From Moniliella sp. 'wahieum' (lineage: Eukaryota), in contig RSEE01000066.1 in the NCBI GenBank assembly GCA_003971905.1, forward strand, positions 186,001 through 250,000: a stretch of 64,000 nucleotides of DNA. Direction: 5' to 3'. Position numbers and translations under genes: made by a program. Shown here in pieces: positions 27,679-40,399 of this stretch. Below the pieces are notes generated by a model. That model had not been told where the DNA came from. It did not search any database and saw only the letters and a list, made by a program, of their open reading frames with translations. The stretch's first letter is position 1; each line of letters begins with the position of its first letter.

Positions 27679-29305
27679 ATGTCGCTTCTGTGTGCCATCT
27701 CGGGCGAGCCGGCGCTCGAGCCCGTCGTGTCCGTCAAGAGCGGCCGCGTGTACGAACAGCGTCTCATCCGCAAGTATCTGGCCGAGCACGACGGCCAGGA
27801 CCCCATCGACGGAACTGTCCTCGACACCGCCCGCGACTTGGTCGCTGTCGCCACGGGCGCTTCGGACCCGCACGGCGCAGCCCCGCCGCGCAACGCCCAC
27901 TTGACATCCGTCCCGTCCCTGCTGACCTCGATGCAGAGCGAGTACGATGCGTTGCTCCTCGAAATGGCATCGCTCAAGCGGCAGTACGACACGACGCGGC
28001 AAGAACTCGCTGCCGCTCTGTACTCAAACGACGCTGCGTCGCGCGTGATTGCACGCGTCCTGCGCGAGCGCGACGAAGCACGCGATGCCTTGGCCTCAAT
28101 CGGAAGTGCCCTTCCTACTCCATCTACCTCGAACGCTGCCGGGGCCGCCTCTGCAGAAGATGCGGACATGCCAGATGCTGCGCCCTCTGTCGAAACAGGT
28201 CTGCCTACTGAGCTGGTTGACACGGTCAACTCGCTTGCGGCCCAACTCACCTCGGCCCGCACGGGAGGAGCAAGCGTAAGGCGCCTTCTGCCTATGGTGG
28301 ATTGGCAACCTACACGGCCGCCAAAGGCGTGCATTAGCCTTGCAATCCTCGACGACAATCGCACACCCCGCTCCAGTGGCCGTCACCTACCCACCCTATG
28401 CCTTGGCTTCTGCCGAACCCGGGGCCGTGGACCTCGTATCGACGGAAGGCACTGAACTTGGGCGTCTCTCTCTTCCCGATACGGCCGGTGTGTCGGCACT
28501 GGCACTGGCGCTGCCGGCCCAGCCCACTCTAGGCCAGATTGCAGAGCTGCCACCTTTTACTCTCGCTGCATCGGCCGATGGTACTTCGGTACATGTGGTA
28601 GCATTGCGCAACACGATCAAAGTGACGGCCACCATCTCCTGGCGGCGCTGGGTGGATCCCAGCACACTCCACCTGTTGCCTTGGCGGTGCACCCGTCTCA
28701 TGCGTTTTTCGCAGTCGGGCGAGGCGACGCGGTGGCGCTCTTTGTTCCCTCGGGAGGTGAGCCTGTTCTGCTTGTCCATGTCCAAGAAGGGGAGCAGATC
28801 ACCGCAGCTGCTTTCCATCCCGACGGCCAGCTCCTCGTCACGGGCACAGCGAGCGGCAAAATTGTAGTGTGGGACGTCAAGACTGGAGCACAAATGGCGG
28901 TGTTTGAGCCGACTGGCGCGGCCGAGGCGCAAGCCGGGCATGCGGTTGTACCCGGCGGCCTTGCCTTTAGCGAAAATGGCTACACACTGGCTTCAATTGC
29001 CCAGGGAAGTTTGGCAGCTGTGATTTGGGACCTACGCAAGCTGGCGCCGGTGACGGCCTTGACTTCTGCGGTGGCCCCCACGGCCTTGGCGTTTGACCCC
29101 AATGCCCAAATGCTCGCCCTGGCGGCACCGGGGTGAAGTGACACTGTACGCTACCAAGGGATGGAAGCCCCTCCTCACCTCGCCCCTTGAACCTGAGGCC
29201 ACGCCTACGGCTGTGGGCTGGGACCAAGCCACCGCGCACTTGTCCATCATCCAGTCCCGCACCGATGATGCGCTCTTGTCGGTCTTTGCCCCACCCAAGG
29301 CGTAA
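27679..29305 (+). CDS. PRP19: Pre-mRNA processing factor 19 (U-box + coiled coil + WD40)
   Basis: MSLLCAISGEP...SGRVYEQRLIRKYL; SVPSLLTSMQSEYDALLLE...RQELAAALYSNDAASRVIAR; WD repeats FHPDGQLL and FSENGYTLAS. Confidence 0.93.
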
Positions 29306-29498
29306 GGTGCTTCCCCAATAATCAACCCTGACCACCAATCTCTCGACCACTTCCTCTGACAGTTATCTTCGTGATGTACTCCTCTGTGTAGATGAAGATC
29401 ACGTCCCTCCTCTTGTATGACGCATGTGGCGGCGAATTACTGCAAAACAACCATGATGGATTGGACTACAGACCTTGTTTGCGGTAGATTCAGTTGGC

Positions 29499-30713
29499 TT
29501 AGGCGGTCTTGGTCGGCACGTCCTGGTCGATGGGGCTTTGGGGCCGGTTTGCCCATCCCATCCAACTCTGCCATGAGCGTGGTCAGTCGGACTGAATTTC
29601 TAGCAGGAGGCCCACTTACCTCGTCATAAATCACCGCGTTGACCCCGAGGCGTTGGAGAGCAAGCCAAATGATGGCGGCTGTCATGCCCGACCCACAAGT
29701 AGCCACTGCCCCGGGGAGCCGGAGGAGGAAGCGTGCCGCGCAGCCTCCAGGCCCTCTGCACCACCAAGTGCATCCGAGGCTGCACGCCACAGTTGGGGCT
29801 GCTCCCCCAAGGTGGTGTAGGTATACTCCCGCGTACCATCCGGTCCAACCGACTGTTGGCCTTGTGGACCGGGCACAGCTTCGCAGAGCGGAAGGTGTGG
29901 GAAGTAACCAAGTTGGTGAAAGGCAGACTAGTACTTCCGGGGATATGACCAGAAGACATGCCTTTCCGCGGCTCTGGCGCTTCTCCTGTGAACCGCGCAT
30001 GGGAGCGGGCGTCAAGGATAGGCACGCCACCCGGCTTACCTGTGCTCAGAGACCGTGCCAGAGCCACGACTTCATCGTACGTCACTGTCGCCGCCGTGGG
30101 GGGCTCGAGTCCGCCTGATTTGGTCTCGGCCGGAGCCAGGGCAGGCGGCAGCGGCTGAGGCGGCCTTGCTCCAAGGGGTATCCCTCCTTGAGCCAAGCGA
30201 GCAGACCTCCCTAGCACCGAGACACGTTCGTGTCCACGGGCAACAAAGTAAAGGCAGTGCGGGGAGCGGAGAAGGTGCCCTCCACATCATACGCAACAAC
30301 ATGGTCGGACGGAAGAATACCAAGAGCTTGGCGCGCGTCGTCAAAGGTGCGTTGAGAGGGCAGCATGTGCGGAAGAGGCACCCCATTGACTGCAGCCGGG
30401 GTGGCGACAGCGTCTACGTCCCAAAACTGGGCATTAGGAAGACGGGGCCCCGATTGTACTCCTCCTTGGGGTTGCGCCCAGAGGCAGGCATGTGCCACGA
30501 AGCATCAAGGAGCACGATGCGCTGTGTGCATCGGCGAGACGCGTGTGGAGCTCTTTGGGCGTCAAGAGCAGAGGCGGTGCAGCAAGGGCCGAAGCGCGGG
30601 CCGAAACCGTTTGGGCGGCAGCGGCGGCGCTAGAGGGGACATGCTGCTGCTCATGTTGCGAATCCCAGAGGCAAGGAGACGAGGAGAAAGACGCCCAGCC
30701 GAGAAAGTGACAT
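29499..30713 (-). CDS. TUM1: 3-mercaptopyruvate/thiosulfate sulfurtransferase (two rhodanese domains)
   Basis: LLDASWHMP, LPHMLPS, SAPRTAF, ILDARSHARFTG..PEPR.GMSSGHIPGS, active-site CGSGMTA, and YDE|SW across an intron at ~29569-29619. Confidence 0.9.
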
Positions 30714-31899
30714 GGACGCTACGCCAGTGGTGGCAGCACATCACCAAAGCACGTAACCTCCATCGGTTGGAAGCCCCAATTGCAATGAGCCACTTTCAAA
30801 TTGCAATTGGCACGGTCCGTGCGCTGAAGACGTCCAACTGATGACGTTCGAGGATTATTGCGCCTGTGAGGCTTATTATTTTGCTTGATCGATGAGACCC
30901 GGATCTTGGCCTGTTGAGGCTTGATGGCCTTCGAGGGTGATGCAATCGTACTCGTGGTGGTGGTGGTCTAATCCAGCCAACAACACCTACAAGAGGGACA
31001 TCAAGCTCTTCAGGCAGCCGTTAATCGCCACCAGGAGTTCTATTAGGCTGCGGAACAAGGGAGACAGAAGCGAGGAAGAAGCGAGGAAACAAAATGGAAC
31101 TCCTACTACAGTATATACTTTGGCCTGTGTGAGGAGGGACTGGAGGGACCTTGGTCAAACACATATGAGCCACCCGGTGGTTCAACCCCCCCCACCCCCA
31201 AGCCCACGGACCAAAGAAAACCCGTAACCCAAAAAACGCTAAAAGAAAGGACCAAACGAGAAGAAAGGGGAGAGCCAAATGGAAGTGCTGATGAGGGAGA
31301 TGTATAGAAAGGAGTTTGGGAAGACCAGCAACCGCGGTTTGGTGAACCACAATCAATCAGAGAGATAATCAATTAAAGGAGTATGGTGAACCACTAGTTC
31401 GCCGTGATGTAACACCACGCATTGTCGATCTCACGGATCTTACTTAGTCTGCCGAGCTTTTCTCGGCAAGAACTTTGACTGTGCGGTGTGGTCGAACTGT
31501 CACGATGTCATTTATGAGGAAGAGACAAGGAGGAGGCTGGGAGGCGGTGAAGTGTGGAAGCTCTTCAAAAGGGATATATGATTCCATTGCTCATGAACTC
31601 GGCCAGCCTTGTTCAAAATGCTGAGGGTTCAACAGATGAGCACGATTGCTCCACAAACATACTATTGTAGCAGGCATCTGTCATAAGGTATGTCACCTTT
31701 CCCGCTCTGGTAGATATGGCTTGCACCCACGTGGCAACCAAGCTCTCGATCCCGACAATCGAAGAGAGGTGGTACGCGCGTACCAAGTTATACACGGAAA
31801 AGAAGCACGATAGAAAGCATTGGGAAGGTGGACAAGTAGGTGGGGACAGGCACAAAATAAGGATAGAGAAAGAGATTGTGCCAATGCTGTCGGCTTATT

Positions 31900-32700
31900 G
31901 TGGACGACCCGCCTGCATATATAAGGCATGATAAATATGGGAAAAGTTATGCTTTCTTGTGGGCTTGAAGATGGATGGTCGCGTTTTCCAAAATCATGTC
32001 GCGCATCCGGGAGCATGGTTCATAGTGAGGCGTATTCACTACTGATGTGGAAGCGACGGGAGCGTAGTTGCCCCCCCCTGAAACATATGTATCATTATTG
32101 AGAGGATTATAAGGACGCGATGATATATAGAAGCATCTGAGGTATCAACACGGCAAACAAGGGCAGAAAACCATGCCCAGACCCTCATAAAAGGTGATGT
32201 TGCCGTCGAAGGACAGCGTAAAACCTCGACTGCTGGTGGTCTATTAGTTGACAACAGTACTGCAATCGATCAGGGTAGGTAAGTCTCCGCTGCCAGGCCA
32301 ACCCTCCCATGCACCCCTCATATAGCCGCTATCTGCGTCTCGATGAAAAGAACCGCCGCTGGGATACGTAGCAGTCTCGCGGAAGAATAACACTCCCGGA
32401 GACGCTGCCCTCGTGTGCAGACCACGTCCCCCAATGAAGCTCCCGAACAAACGATGTGGGTGTGCCACAAGCCCATGACTCGTGCCCAGCATCGAAAAAG
32501 TTCTTCGTATGTTCTCCCGTCATACGACAGCTCATTCTTACTATTCTCCACAGCAGTGATCACCGCCAAACGGAAGAGCTTGGGACCATATGGAAAAATC
32601 GAACAACAAGTTGGCCCGGTGTGCAAATCGGAGATGCTGCACAACAAACTGTTGTGAGCTCGATCTAGTCCGAGACCCAAAGGCCAAGTGAATCAGCGCC
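31900..32700 (-). pseudogene. Degenerate fungal-type protein kinase (FunK1/Pkinase_fungal-like) relic
   Basis: Ordered decayed motifs in shifting frames: RLAV...EELFR, GLHTRAASPGVLF (~LHRDISPGNIL), PTLIDCS (~G.LIDFD) and TATSPFM (~TGT.PFM). Many stops. Confidence 0.35.
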
Positions 32701-34299
32701 GATGAGACTGTGGATATCTCATCTGGGGTGTGGTATGACCCTATCTTTTAAAGACGAACTGAGAAGACGCCAAAGTCAGCATGTCAGCAGCACGACTAAG
32801 CGAATTCATGGACAAACAGTGGAGTTAAGCATAAATCATTGGGATGGAACTATTTGTGGTCCAGACCAGATTTGTAATGTGGGCTGGCAGGTCCCAATTC
32901 GACCATCGCAGAATTGCCCCCGACAGAGACCATTCTAGGGCGGCTAAAAGACGCTATCAGCCCAAGGCCAAAGGGTTGTCCTGATTTAAACTTCCACCTC
33001 ATGAAGGTTGACAGTAACATGGGACACATATCGGCCAAAATCTTGGGATCCGTGCCATCATCACGGTGGCGTTCATACAATGCCGTGTAGGTTTGTGGAC
33101 ATCTCAACAACGTCCGAACCAAACACCCGTTGATGGCATATATCATTGATCTGAGTCGAATGGAGACCTCCGTCGATCAAACGTCGGAAGTCATCGATTG
33201 CCTTTTTTGCACACCTGTGGATGTGCATGTGGGAGGTGTCGCCGCAGCGAAGAATTTTTCAACCTAAATTTCTCTCCGTAAATACCCTTTTCTAGAACCC
33301 CCACGGCAGCTAGCACGCCCATTTCAGTCCCTCACCGCTTCTCTGTCACGTCCAGGAGACGTTCCTCAGTAGGCAGACAGGAACTGAGTCTAATATAGTC
33401 AGCATGTGGACATAAGCATAGAAGCATGGAACGGATGAGAAGAACGTGAAGCTGCCGTCCAAATGTTTCCACAGCAGCAGGAGGCGTTACCATGGGGCGT
33501 AGGTTTAGGACGGGATCCTTCAGTAGCTCGAGTATATGTAAGACGTTCGGGAAGATTGTTTGGTGATGAAAGAGAAACCCAATATGAATCGAGCAAAAGC
33601 CCGCCAAGACCAGGTAAAGATGCCATGTGTAATTTGTTGAGTTTTGACGCGCGGAGACAGACACTTGAATGGACCAATCGCCGTGTGCCCGCTTCTCGGT
33701 GTCGTCACCGCCACAATCTTCTCCTCGAGGGATGAGAGTCGGTTAGAGTTAGGACTATGTATACGTGTTGATTGTGGGAATCACTACTGACTCTCGCATG
33801 TGGTGGCCACACCGAAATCGTCTTCCCATGAGGAACAAATGGTAAAGAGATGAGTTTGGTATTGGCTGAGCCGTTCTTTGACCAGCAGTTGAGAAGCATG
33901 ATGTTCGAAAATTCATTAGTGGGAAAAAGGAGACGGATTATATGGTCTTGGACCCAGTCGCCACCAGCAGGGCGAGGTAACTCCTATAATATATAGGCCT
34001 GAAAAGAGGGACTGAAGGGACCTTGATGAAACACACGGGAGCCACCCGATGACTTAACGCGTTACTCTACTTCCAACTGAGTGGGGAAAGGAAACATTAA
34101 TAAGGGTTCATTATCCGGGCAATATTATGACCTTGAGACTCGTCCATTTCATTGGCAGAGCTTAAGGCTGGGACAGGGGAACGCTACGTCTAAACCTAAC
34201 CGTTCATCTGCGGGGGTTACTTGGGGGCGCCACCAGGTCAAGGGACCAGGGGGATCGCCAGGATATCAGGACCTCCGGCTCACGCCATCCGGTCCCGTA

Positions 34300-34615
34300 C
34301 CCTAGGAAGCGCGTGTGGACACGGAGGAACGTGGTTGACATCCGAGCGCGGAACCATTTCCACTGAGACTTAGTAGCCAACTCCTTCCAATGCGCGAACA
34401 ACTTGCCCGCCGTCTTGGTGCCGTAGTATCCTCGCGTCGTCAAAACCAGGGGAAAAACGGCTCTTGAGTGCGTCCCTGGTACTTGGCGTTCTTGTCGCAT
34501 TCTGCTTGTTCAAGCATCCGAAGCAGCTCCTTCTCCCGGCGTTCCAAGGGGTTGCGGTGCTCTCATGCACCACCCTCCGGAACCTTGAGACTTATAGCCG
34601 ATAAATCAACTTAGT
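34300..34615 (-). mobile_element. 3' coding fragment of a CRE-clade-like non-LTR retrotransposon (restriction-like endonuclease C-terminus)
   Basis: VDLSAIS...LLRMLEQAECDKNAKYQGRTQEPF/PLVLTTRG...LFAHWK...FRARMSTTFLRVHTRF matches the D...E..K..KY...F.P.V....G...S..L.R pattern of RLE-type elements. Confidence 0.55.
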
Positions 34616-35619
34616 ACATGTGCCCAAATGATTGGGGCGATCTTCCCTCCCACTTAGTTGTTCGGGGGGTGGCTATATCTGACGGCAACAGAAGCATGCT
34701 ACTCGGGATTGTCTCTTCATGGGGGGATATCCCTTGCCGTGAGTAGAGGAGAAATTCAACGAAACAGTTACTCATTCGACGACGCGGTGCGAAGAAAAGG
34801 GATGGGTCCAGCCGGAGACCGAGAGGCCCATGGACACACGTCATACTGTGTAGGCACAAGTTCGGGGCATGCGCCCGGAAGTCTGACTGAAAGTCTCTCA
34901 ATCCATATTATGCCGGCGTTGCTTTTATCGTTTCTGTTTTATGGTGGGGCCACAGGCGGTGCATTTCCGAATGGTGCAGCGGTGAAGACAAGCACGACTA
35001 TTGCGGGCCTGATGGAACCCAAACCTTTCCTCGCCCTCATAGTTATAAAAAGAGAGGAAACTTTGGTTTGGGGGATGGTGTATAGAACTCTCGTTACACT
35101 TGTAGTATAGAGGGCCACTCCCGAGGTGAGAGACTCTCTGACATGGCGGAAACCCACCTCTTCTCTCCTCCATTCTCCTCCATTCTTTCGGTACCTCTCA
35201 CATGCGACTCCTACACGACGTGCATATGATGGGTGCGGTTTTGACAATGCGATGGGGAGCTTGTGTATGAACTTCGAAGAGCGGCCGCACATAGTATAGA
35301 GATCTGTGGCACGAGAACGAGGCATATAAAAATGTGTCGGGTAAGAGGTACTAATAATAAGCCGTCCTCTTGTTGGACGCAATTTCAAGGTTTGTGACAG
35401 AGGGCGTGACTGTGAGTGTTATATAGGGTGTTCGTACGAGTGTTCGCACAGCTTTAGTGGGAGATTTGCTGCGGTCTTCTCCGTCAACAACAGGGCCTCT
35501 CTTCTCTCCGCATCATGCTGTTTCCCCACCCCGTGACAGAGAGTCCCCTTACCCGATCTCCCGGTATGCTAACCGAGCATTGGCTACGATGCATGAGCCG
35601 ATTGGAAGCTTTGAGACCC

Positions 35620-37170
35620 TCACATGTGAGTGACATGTGACACGTCTATATTCCAACGCCGCCGCCTCTTCCTCCATTCGCGGTGGCGCGCTATATACGC
35701 CCGGGGACGTACCAATTATCATCTTTCCCTCTGCCGCACAGATTTGGCAGTGCCATTCCACTTCGACAGGACTTGGATATATATATGCCGAAGACGCGAC
35801 TACCATCGCAATTCTCATTTGTGAGCCCATTTCTGTCAGCAGTAGCAGGAAGCAGGGTATGTGTGGCTGCGAGATGCTCGTTGAGCGACACTGAACGTTG
35901 AACGTTGAATGTTGAAGAACGTACGTTGAACACGTTTAACGTTGAGTGCATTGACTTCTTTTGAGCTTAAGCAGCCGCGGAAATTGCCATTTAACGTGTT
36001 TAACGTTTAACGCGCTACACGATCGGCTTCTATCAGGCGACGTTGCGCAAGCGAGATACTGTCATTTGTGGATGCATTCTCACAGAAGCTGTGAGAATGG
36101 AACGAGTAATGCTATTAGTGATGAGCCGCTTTTAGCTGAAGCGACTCTACATCGCTCAGCGTTGACGCTCACCTCCGAGCTCTCAGCGATACTCCTGAGT
36201 AGTGCTCGAGCCCTCACGCGTCACGTACTGAGGACTGAGGCTCAGTACGTTCAACGTTCAGTCCTCAGGACGAGACAACAACTATACCGTCGCGAGTCGC
36301 ATGCCACATGTCACATACATGTCACGCCGAGCTTCTTGTATTCCTTCGCACATATCTCTCAGAGCGGCTGCTGTGCGTTGGCCACAGGTATTCGGCTAGG
36401 TTTACTTATTACTTTTGCATGCACATGCTTGCAGCTAATAGATGTTTCATCCCGTCAATGAGGTCGATGATCGATGCGGCCTGAGGCCATGCATGGAAGC
36501 GGTTGTGTTTGCGCCTGATGCGTGTGCAAAGGCAAGTGTGTGTGGACGGAAATAATACAACGACAACAGTGTTGCTTTATCGAACTTCTTTGGTTGACGT
36601 CTTATTGGTGGCATACTATTGTTAGTACCCCCGCATCGTCATGCATGCATCATGATCCAGGGGGAAGAATGGCTCTTGAGCAGCTTGAGTGGGCGTCCCT
36701 GTCGTATTTGGAGTACTTGTCGTATTTCGCTTGTTCTTCCAGCACAGACGAAGCAGTCCTCCTGTTCCTCCCGTTGGCGTTCAACGTTCAAAGTGTTCAA
36801 CACGTTTCACAAGCTTCAAACGAATTAAGCGCTGTAGTTGAATTCTTAGTGACCTAGTGACCGAGCCTAGCCTGCTCGGCCTAGCCTGGCCTTGCCTGAG
36901 GACCGGGCTACTTACCGGTTACAGGTTACCGGTTACTAGATACTGGTTACCGGTTACCAACAACGCTGTATACGTACACTCTGTTTGGATCTAAGACCTC
37001 TGATCTCACCATGTCACACCTCACACTCGTTTGCCAATGGCCAAAGCACATGTGCCTGGGTGCAACTAGGGGCGCTGTCGAGCTTCAAGCTTCAAGGTAG
37101 TGTCACCATGTCACCCATTCGCGCTAAGCTTAGCGCTTAATCGAAATCATTAATCAGCCTAAGGCCTAAC
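35620..37170. repeat. Cluster of short palindromic heptamer-period repeats with differing cores
   Basis: TGAACGT x2-3 (35892), TTAACGTTTA (36000), TCAACGTTCA (36251, 36781), TTACCGG array (36912-36958), AGCTTCA x2 (37081), TCATTAATCA and TAAGGCCTAA (~37147-37169). Confidence 0.85.
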
Positions 37171-37774
37171 CGACAAGGCTGGCCCAGCACAACCACCATG
37201 GCGTGAGGCGTTGCCGGCGGTGCACTGTTCCATGTTAGGGTTTTGCACACCACTCTCACTCTCCCAGCCTGCACCCTGGCTGAGCACCGAGTCTCAGATC
37301 GCAGCATTCGCTACGTATGCAGGCACCCACTTCTCGGATTGTGAGTATGTGAGTGCATGTGAGTACCGACTACCGAATGAATACATGGTGGCTGTGTATG
37401 AATGAGATCGACGGTGGCCCACCAGGACCCTGCGGCCTGGAGAGCGACTGCAAAAGCGGTGACACCGCAGGACAAAGGACTATGTGATACATCGCACATA
37501 GGTGGTGGCGCTGGTGGCACACGCGAACCCATGGAGCGTCTAAGCAGATTATTAGCAGAACATAGCATTGTAATGGGTTGCTGGTGTCCTCCTCAAACTC
37601 TGGTGCGCGAGGCACCATCACGTCAATCACGAAGATAAGTAAACGTTCGGGGTAGTAAAGTTCGGGGGAGGCATCCCTGAGAAGCCACAGGCGGGGGGCC
37701 CATCCGCATCGATTATTTCGCCAGCTCTTTGAGTTCGGGGAGGGTCTTGGTCATACCCGCCTTGTCCCCCAAAG

Positions 37775-39366
37775 CTACCGGTGAAGATTCGGGGTCGAGG
37801 AGGCAGCAAGTGCATCGTTGGGGTTGGTCGCTCTCCGCTGCGCGGCATAGCGAGTGAGCCTGGCAGACAAGTGGGAGACGCAGGTATTGATGCTGGTCGA
37901 CGCCCGGGAGCTTGATCGGTCAAGCAGTAAAAGGCCATGGCTCAAGACGCGGTTGGCCAATGAGGGGGTCTGGGTCATAGAACTGCTCGGCCGGGTGGGT
38001 ACTTGGCTAGGGTCGACCCAATAGCCCGAAGTGACCACCGAAATCGCGTCGGCCGACAGCGCCGTGTGCCACATAACTGCCACAAGAGGCAGAGCAAGCG
38101 CCCATGCAGCGTGCATATCAAACGTCCGATACAGCGGCGGTCGGTCCACCGCCCAGTCGAGGCTAGTGCCCGCGAGAACCAGGAGCAATGCAACTCGCAG
38201 CCGATGCATGATCGCCCGTCTTCCCCCAGAGGCAGTAACACCACTACTCGCCACTTCATCAACGTCGTCTTGAAAAAGAACGCCACCCATTACCATGGTG
38301 TGGATCCCGACCACCAATGAGGCCACAGCGTCAGGAAGAACCAGACCCCCAGGCGGCGGGGAAGAGCACCTTGTTGACAGAGACGAAAAAGGGGGCACGC
38401 AGTAAAGTGCAAACCATACCGAATGCCTCAATACCCAGCACGGTATACACAACCTTAGTCCCAAGCTTGAAGCGCTGGAAGCTCTGAAGAATAGTAGCAG
38501 GGTGACGGGAGAGGTGGGAACTCTTGCCAGGTGGGCTCCACCGAGCCAGGCGAGCCAAGCCCTGGAACAATGTCGCAACCAGGGCGACGTGCAGCCCAGC
38601 TGCCATTGCAAGATCACTGCGCGGCGTATGGCGAACACTCCCAATCACAGCCCCAAACCCTGCAATCACCCAAGCGAAGGGTGGTGTGTAGGTTTAGCGA
38701 GCGGGAAGGTGCCGGGCAGAGCGGGAGGTGAAGGAGTGTTGGCGCTGGGACGGAAACGCAGTAGGGCAATGATATGGACGATAAGGGTGAGTGTCATCCC
38801 CAGTGCTGCGAGGGGCTCCTCCATGCCACCCTCGGACAAAGACCCAATGACCATTGTACTTGACCATCTCCTTCAATATGGGCGGCATGGCATCCAGGGC
38901 GGTCTTGGCCCTCGCATTCGCTTCGGCCGAGATGGCGGGGAGACTAGCATTGGGCAAGGCGGCCTGAGCTTGGAGCAGGGCATTTTGGCGAATGGCCTGA
39001 GTACGTTGGATGGCATCGTTAGTGAGGGTGTGGGTGCAGCGATAGGCGGTGTCCGCAAGACAGTCCACCGCGTCCAGCGGCTCCACGGTTGGTTACGAAG
39101 CCAGCCACCGTCACCACGGCCCGTGATACCGTCATCCACGCCATCAGGGCCGCAGACGTCGTCATAGCGGATTGGATGCAGAGGCTGAACTCGGTCGTGT
39201 CGGCGCCATTGCTGGCAAAGGAATGGTGGTCGACGGAGGCGGCTTCCGAGATGGTGTAGAGTGTCGGTGGTGGCGGGCCCAAGGGTTGGGTAGCAGCGAC
39301 AGTGGTCATCATGTTCATGGCCAATGTGGCCACGGTGACGAAAAACAATGGGCAGCGCCGACGCAT
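37775..39366 (-). CDS. Divergent PER1/PGAP3 (CREST superfamily) membrane protein, frameshifted
   Basis: Signal peptide; ASNGADTTEFSLC (~SSGD...F..C); CLADTAYRCTH (~C..DCKY.CMH); MVKYNGHWVFVRG/GMEEPLA (~QYHGKWPF.R..GMQEP); SLDWAVDRPPLYRTFDMHAAW (~LELFDFPP...DAHSLWH). Confidence 0.7.
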
Positions 39367-40399
39367 GACACCAATAGCTGTAAGAGAGGGGTGGGTGTTG
39401 TTGGTGGGAGAGGGGGAAGGCGTCGATGCTGGGGGGCAAGCTTTTTGTGTGAGTTCGAAGCTCGCTTGGATGGAGGCGCGCAATATAAAGCTGGCGAGGG
39501 CTGGGCGTTTGCTTGCGCCTATCATTAACTTGAAGCTAAAGGCAGGCGAAGGCAGCAGGAGGTGATCGTCACACGTCACACACCACACATACATGTGCAT
39601 GAGCGCTGAGTCTCAGTACTGAGTAGTACGTAGTTGCGCAGTGCACCAGACCAGCGCCAGCCGCCAGCCCTGTACTTACAAGCCAGTCAAGTACATAGCA
39701 TTGATTGGGACTTCGCGCACAGAAGACAGCCAAAGCTGAAGCGCTGAAGGTGCTGAAGCTTGAAGTTCTATAGTGCAGAAAATGTCGCAAGCCTCATTAT
39801 GGCCTGAGGCCTGAGGCCCGTGAGGGCCTGAGGCTTGAGAGCTTGAGGCCTGGGCCTGACGTCTTTCGGGTGTGGGAACATGTGAATATTGACTATTGAA
39901 TCGCCGACAAGAACCGAGCACTCGCGGACTGAATACTGAGTGACTCTAGTAAGGCTAGTGAGGCTAGTGGCTGCCTTGTTCGGTCGCAAACACACCCCCG
40001 ACGGCACACACTCAGACAGGATTTCACCGTTTAAGACATTTAACGTTTAAGTTTTAAGACGCTACGCGTTCGTAGCTTGAAGCTTTTCTCCATATGCTGC
40101 GCCCAAGATGCATTATTCGTCTTCCTCTTCTTTTCCTTACTCTTCTGACTCTCTGCCGTCAGGCACAGTAAACGTTCCAACATCAGGCTAAGGCATGTCC
40201 ACGGCTGTCCAAAACTCTTTGCACGCAGCGCACGTGTGCGCGAGATACCATCTTCTTTCGAGTCACAGAAGAGTTCCCCAACAAAAGACGTAGTGCGTAC
40301 AACGAAACATTGGCCTTCAAACTTCATGGCTTGCCAAAGACGGCCATCGCTTGGCCAGTGCTCTCGGGGGTGTAACATGTAACCTTTGATCCTCCATAA

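Noticed and set aside
40040..40378. 112-aa minus-strand ORF (HWPSDGRLWQAM...) as a DNA transposase fragment
   Set aside because: Only a vague resemblance, with no catalytic motif that I can support.
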